A stretch of DNA of 32,504 bases. Source: an uncultured archaeon. GTDB lineage: Archaea > Asgardarchaeota > Lokiarchaeia > Sigyniarchaeales > SOKP01. Shown here piece by piece: positions 28,021 through 32,504 of the stretch. Every line of letters starts with the position of its first letter. The first letter of the stretch is position 1. A program made the position numbers and the translations under genes. Under the pieces are notes generated by a model that searched no databases, was not told the DNA's origin, and was given only the letters and a program-made list of their open reading frames with translations. The DNA lies in assembly GCA_964388035.1 (NCBI GenBank), contig CAYLZE010000051.1, forward strand, positions 1 to 32,504, written 5' to 3'.

Positions 28021-28338
28021 TTTTTTTAATCTGTTTTTTTACCCTTTTTTTATTTAATTTAACCCCATAAATTTAGAGGAAAAATCATTCGAAGTTAATT
28101 ATTTTTTTAAAAAGACTTACAAATTTTACAATTAATTAAAATAAAATTAATACTTTCCTTAGGGATACTCTCTTTTTATTCCTTTTATATTTTTGTCAAA
28201 AGAAGAATATGGACAGTTTTTAACACATGATTAATTCCTAATAAGAAACACTTTAATTAAAACAGAAATAAGGTGGGTAAAACCAACCTAAGAAATATTT
28301 TTACTAAATTATAAAAAATAACATAAAAAAAATATAAA

Positions 28339-29781
28339 ATGACTGAAAAAATCGAAACAAATGGAAAAACATCAAAATGGATGATGGGAAGTTATCAATC
28401 CAATCAATTATTTAGCCAATTCATCACGGGACCCTTTGGACTCTTCACATTCTTCTTTTATGAAACAGAAATTGGACTTTCCGTCACTTTAGTCGCTATT
28501 GCTTTCATAATTTTCTCCGTTTGGAACGCGGTAAATGACCCATTGGCAGGATATATCTTAGAACGGATTCACATGCCTTGGGAAAAGAAATTAGGCAGGA
28601 GATTTCCTTGGGTCTTAATTGGTGCCTTACCTTGGCTCTTTACTTATTTAGCCATATTTTTGGTACCCCTTGACTGGAACCCTGTATCGGATCAATGGGC
28701 CATATTTTTATGGCTGTTGATTACTATTTGCATCTATGATACTTTCTTTACTCTATGGAATGTAAATGCAACGGCAATGTATCCAGATAAATTCGTTACC
28801 CTCGAAGAAAGAAGAACAGCAACGGGGATTGGTACAATAATTGGAATGGTTGGGTTAGTTGCTGGCTCTGTTTTCGCTCCCTTATTCATCACTACGGGAG
28901 TTCCCGCGACATACAGGTATGCAGCTTGGTTGAGCGTGGCAGTTGGAATGTGCTTATTCGTTATCATGTTACCGGGAACCTGGGAGAATCGACGAGTTCG
29001 GGCTAGATATGCAGAACAAAGGAAATTGGCAGAAAAAGCAGAAAAGGAAAGCTTCTTTGTAGTCGCAGGAAGGGCAGTGACCGACCGTCGCTTCATGGTT
29101 AAAGTGATTTTCTTTTTTGGTTATCAATGTGCTGTCGCCTTTTTATCCGCCTCAGCCCCCTACATGGTGACCTTCGTCATTCAAGCAGAAGCAAGTGCGA
29201 TAAGCCTCCTCATGATATTCATGCTCCTGGGAGCTTTTATTTCGGTGCCTTTATGGAACTATTTTGCTCAAAAGATGAATAATAATAAAAAAATAAGCAT
29301 TTATGCCGGTTTTGCGATGTTCTTGACCTTTCTCCCCATGATTTTTGTCAATGGCCTCCTTTTCTTCACAATATCGCTATTCCTTTTCGGAATTGGGTTA
29401 GGGGGGCAATGGTTCGCTGATCCACCTGCAATGGGAGATGTCCTTGACGACCTTACCGTGAGGCGAGCAAAGCGAGAACCCGCTATCTACTATGGAATCA
29501 ATACATTCTTCATTCGATTTTCTACTGTTGCACAAGCCATAACATTTGCTGTAGTTCATTCCCTAACAGGATTTATTGAAGGTACCTCCAGTTATTCTGA
29601 GTTAGCAGCAGCAAGTCCAACTCCCGAGCTAGCCGTTTTTGGCATTAGACTGCATGCTGCCCTCATACCAGCAATATTGGTTCTTGTAACGATATTTTTA
29701 TTCTGGAAATTCTACGATCTCACCCCAAAGCTAGTAGCCGAAAACAAGCGAAAATTGAAAGAAATGGGATTAGATTTATAG
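28339..29781 (+). CDS. MFS transporter, GPH/MelB family, copy 2
   Basis: Same 480 aa length and near-identical sequence to copy 1; offset 1761 nt. Confidence 0.9.
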   Translation: MTEKIETNGKTSKWMMGSYQSNQLFSQFITGPFGLFTFFFYETEIGLSVTLVAIAFIIFSVWNAVNDPLAGYILERIHMPWEKKLGRRFPWVLIGALPWLFTYLAIFLVPLDWNPVSDQWAIFLWLLITICIYDTFFTLWNVNATAMYPDKFVTLEERRTATGIGTIIGMVGLVAGSVFAPLFITTGVPATYRYAAWLSVAVGMCLFVIMLPGTWENRRVRARYAEQRKLAEKAEKESFFVVAGRAVTDRRFMVKVIFFFGYQCAVAFLSASAPYMVTFVIQAEASAISLLMIFMLLGAFISVPLWNYFAQKMNNNKKISIYAGFAMFLTFLPMIFVNGLLFFTISLFLFGIGLGGQWFADPPAMGDVLDDLTVRRAKREPAIYYGINTFFIRFSTVAQAITFAVVHSLTGFIEGTSSYSELAAASPTPELAVFGIRLHAALIPAILVLVTIFLFWKFYDLTPKLVAENKRKLKEMGLDL

Positions 29782-29864
29782 CAATTATAATTTCTTTTCC
29801 AACTTTTTTTTTTAAAAAAAACCCGTAATTTAAGAAAGAATAAAATAAAGGGTAATTAAATTCC

Positions 29865-30905
29865 TTACCATCGCCAAAAAATGTCTTCGGCGTGGCCAAG
29901 AAGATTTTTAACTTTAATTTTCTTCCCATCATCTAAAACAATCTCTCCAGAATAATATCCATGCATTAAGGAAGAGTTTAGATATATGATTCCCATATTA
30001 AGTTTTTCTTGTTGTGGAAGGATCGGTTCTAACGTCATGTTAAATCTACCATCATTACTGGTAAATTTCCATGGTTTTGTAGGATCTCGGTTTTCGTGAT
30101 GGAAGTTCACTTCATCAAGTTTATGCGCTTTTCCGTTATAAAATACGATATTTTCCGTGTGAGTAGCATTAGGCTCACTTCCCACTGCTCCAAACCCATA
30201 TCCTATGTTAAATGCAACAGGAATACCATCTACCATGCCGCATGCAGATCCCCATAACCAATGTGTCCTGTAAGGCCAGATTCCTCTTCCCCAATCCATT
30301 AATCCAAATGAAGAATCGGGGCTAAATTCATACACATCCTTTCCCACTTTAATTTGTCCGGTTGCAGGCATCATGTTTACTTTATGATTATAATAAAACA
30401 ATCTGGGATCTTCATTATATCCAGTTACAACAACGGTATTATCCCAATCAGGTTTATCCTCTAAAGTGAGCGTACCGCTGATACCTTTATCTTCAAAGCT
30501 GGGATCATTTATAGATAAAATTCTTTTATTTTTCTCTTTAGTAATGATTGCGTTAAACTTATCCGTAGGAAACTCGATCACGCTATCTTCAAGAGAACTC
30601 AGAGGTAGTACTTTAGATTTCGTAAAGAATTTAAAAAGTCCATTCCCATTTCTACTCTTATTACTAAAATCGATCCAAACATAGCTCATTTGGGTTAAAT
30701 ACCCAATATCACCAATAGTCATCAAGAATCCAAAATCTTTATTCAGAACTGAATAATGATCCCATTCTTTTATACGCCACCAGCTTTTCCCAATATTTTC
30801 TTTATTATATTTCAATATCGGTTTTTTTGCCCACCCTGTTTGTACGAGAGAGCCATCCTCATTAAAAAGGTTAGAAGGCTCCGTAATTTCAATCTGTTTA
30901 CCCAT
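29865..30905 (-). CDS. DUF2804 family protein
   Basis: RIKEWDHY, FYYNHK, MDWGRGIWPY.T.W.W, FNIGYGFG, TEN and C-terminal GHAE...RW pattern. Confidence 0.75.
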   Translation of the reverse strand: MGKQIEITEPSNLFNEDGSLVQTGWAKKPILKYNKENIGKSWWRIKEWDHYSVLNKDFGFLMTIGDIGYLTQMSYVWIDFSNKSRNGNGLFKFFTKSKVLPLSSLEDSVIEFPTDKFNAIITKEKNKRILSINDPSFEDKGISGTLTLEDKPDWDNTVVVTGYNEDPRLFYYNHKVNMMPATGQIKVGKDVYEFSPDSSFGLMDWGRGIWPYRTHWLWGSACGMVDGIPVAFNIGYGFGAVGSEPNATHTENIVFYNGKAHKLDEVNFHHENRDPTKPWKFTSNDGRFNMTLEPILPQQEKLNMGIIYLNSSLMHGYYSGEIVLDDGKKIKVKNLLGHAEDIFWRW

Positions 30906-31078
30906 TTTTATATTTTTCCTCTTAAATAATCATTATAATGTAATTGTAAAGAACAAATAAATAAGATAATTATTTTATTCTTGTTATTTTAGAATGGTGG
31001 TCAAGATTTAAATATTTCAATGTCAGCAAAGTTTAGAACTTGGAAAGTTCGAAAATTTTATACTGCCAAAGCTTTTTT

Positions 31079-31168
31079 TTCAATGAAATCAAACCGTACT
31101 CACCCGACGAAACCAGATAGGCCCGATGAGTTAAGAATTTACGAAAATGACGAGTGATTTCATATGAA
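31079..31168 (-). other. Candidate structured RNA element (nested stems) in an intergenic region
   Basis: Perfect 9-bp inverted repeat ATGAAATCA/TGATTTCAT, extendable by 4 bp across a 1-nt bulge. The inner stems pair fully only on the minus strand, through G-U pairs. Confidence 0.4.
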
Positions 31169-31484
31169 TTTTCTCCTCTTTTGACAAGAATGTTAATTTT
31201 TCAATTGCCGACGAAAAACAAAAAAAAATTTTTACGCTTTTTACACAAATGAAAGGATCTTAAATCGGAACACTATAGTATCCAAGCAATATTTTGTCGA
31301 GGGAGTATAGTTTAATTATATCGTTTCTTTTAAACTTTCTTGGGAAAAAGGGTGAATTAACATATATTAAATCAAATTTAGGCAAATAACTACGATTTTA
31401 ATTAGATGAAGTTGTTAAGAAAATTGAAATCATTACTCTTCTTAACTAGTTTTCTGGTTGGATGATAAAAAATAGGAAATATTA

Positions 31485-32504
31485 TTACTTTTGTATTATT
31501 GGTAAGGAAACATAAAAAGTTGATCCTTTTGCTCTTCCTTCAGATTCTACCCAGATATCTCCAACGTGATTTTTAACAATTTCTTTAGAAATATATAGGC
31601 CAAGTCCTGTTCCTTCTGGAACCACATCTAAATTTTGACCATACCTTTCTATTTTTCCAAATTGGGTAAATAAGATCTTTTTTTCTTCTTCAGTTATTCC
31701 GATTCCATTATCTTCTATGGAAATAACAATGTTATCTTGCTTTTTATCCGCTTTTATTTTAATTCTGCCTCGTGGAGGAGTATACTTTATAGCATTCATT
31801 ATTAAATTTTCAAATATCATGTGAATTTTTTCCTCATCAAAATAAGTCAATGGAATATTGTTAAGCTCTACTTCTATTAACGTACCTCGTAAAGATGCAA
31901 AACCTTTGAGTTCATTTACACAATGTACTATAACTTCTTTTAAATTTCCAAACTTTTTTGTGAAATCCAACTTTTTAGCATCTATTTTGGATGCATCTAA
32001 GACCTTTTTAATCAGCGCCTCTAATCGGGCACATCCTAATTTTACTTCATGAGCTAATTCCAACTGTTTTGAATTCAAGTTTTGGTTAAAGTAATTTGTT
32101 AGAAGTTCAGTATTTCCCTTAATGGCCACAAGGGGTGTTTTTAATTCATGGGAAATTCGATCTATAAATTCTGATTTGAGTTTATTCAATTTAATTGATT
32201 CTAATTCTGCATTCTTAATTTTAGTGATGTCAACAATTGTACCTAAAACAGCGGGTTTACCATTATAATTGATTGATTTTGAAAACCTATCAATCCAAAT
32301 CATTTCACCGTGCTTTTTAAATATTCGATATTGATATTCTGCAATGATATCTTTATCACCCCTTTCTTTCTTTTCAATTTGTGCTATAACAAAAGATAAA
32401 TCATCGGGATGAGTGGATCTCTTAATGTCTTCCAATGTCCATTGCTTTACTTCTTCTAATTCATATCCATAAATGCTGGCACATGCTTCATTCGCATATA
32501 TTAT
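31485..32504 (-). CDS. PAS-domain sensor histidine kinase (PAS/PAC + HisKA + HATPase); 5' end lies beyond the window
   Basis: ISHELKTPL H-box, NLIMNAIKYT N-box, DNGIGI and GTGLGL. PAS residues IIYANEA...HPDD. The frame is open to base 32504. Confidence 0.93.
   Translation of the reverse strand: MIYANEACASIYGYELEEVKQWTLEDIKRSTHPDDLSFVIAQIEKKERGDKDIIAEYQYRIFKKHGEMIWIDRFSKSINYNGKPAVLGTIVDITKIKNAELESIKLNKLKSEFIDRISHELKTPLVAIKGNTELLTNYFNQNLNSKQLELAHEVKLGCARLEALIKKVLDASKIDAKKLDFTKKFGNLKEVIVHCVNELKGFASLRGTLIEVELNNIPLTYFDEEKIHMIFENLIMNAIKYTPPRGRIKIKADKKQDNIVISIEDNGIGITEEEKKILFTQFGKIERYGQNLDVVPEGTGLGLYISKEIVKNHVGDIWVESEGRAKGSTFYVSLPIIQK

Larger units (their letters stand above)
26400..29781 (+). repeat. 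Tandem duplication (~1.76 kb unit) of the GPH gene plus ~180 nt of upstream region
   Basis: Coding regions are colinear. The upstream block ATTAATT(T/C)CTAATAAGAAA(T/C)ACTT occurs at 26464 and 28230. The left boundary is approximate. Confidence 0.85.

Noticed and set aside
31110-31165. Hammerhead ribozyme (CCGATGA...GAAA on plus strand)
   Set aside because: The core has C in place of U4, stem II has a mismatch, and no stem I or correctly placed NUH/stem III can be built.
31079-31168. Lokiarchaeal/eukaryote-like SECIS element
   Set aside because: The ATGA is Watson-Crick paired rather than forming the GA quartet, and no adjacent gene shows an in-frame TGA at a Cys position within the window.
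96-32052. Short ORFs in the track lying antisense to or inside long genes (e.g. 96..335, 14506..14811, 21093..21452, 28734..29096, 31858..32052)
   Set aside because: They overlap well-supported genes and have no motifs; they are shadow frames.
1-32504. CRISPR array, tRNA or rRNA
   Set aside because: No regularly spaced repeats, cloverleaf or rRNA-like sequence was seen; intergenic A/T runs look like ordinary archaeal terminators.

Overview
AT-rich 32.5 kb window of an archaeal genome. It is most likely Asgard (Lokiarchaeia-like), an inference from GGTGA Shine-Dalgarno motifs, a stand-alone longin-like protein, several GPH/MelB transporters, a URO-D-like methyltransferase and a PAS histidine kinase. 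No rRNA, tRNA, CRISPR array or transposase is recognisable. From the left it carries a CoxE-type VWA gene, a 7TM membrane protein, HAD, URO-D-like and HIT genes, and an MNT-HEPN toxin-antitoxin pair whose toxin has an in-frame TAA near its likely start. A double-HTH regulator then faces away from a ~17.5 kb region dense in amide/peptide-cleaving and amino-acid enzymes. That region holds a membrane M28 peptidase, a GPH transporter, an M14 carboxypeptidase, an M20 ArgE/DapE deacylase, a fold-type II PLP enzyme, an HSL-type hydrolase plus a pseudogene twin, a two-Cys amino-acid racemase, a CrtI-like flavoprotein, two N-acyl-D-amino-acid deacylases and an APC permease. The right end has the longin-like gene, OsmC, a tandem GPH pair, DUF2804 and a histidine kinase cut by the window edge. 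The best leads are a putative N-acyl/D-amino-acid scavenging system, a strand-specific structured RNA element at ~31.08-31.17 kb, the longin-like eukaryotic-signature protein and the interrupted HEPN toxin. All family calls come from motif recognition only; no searches were run.
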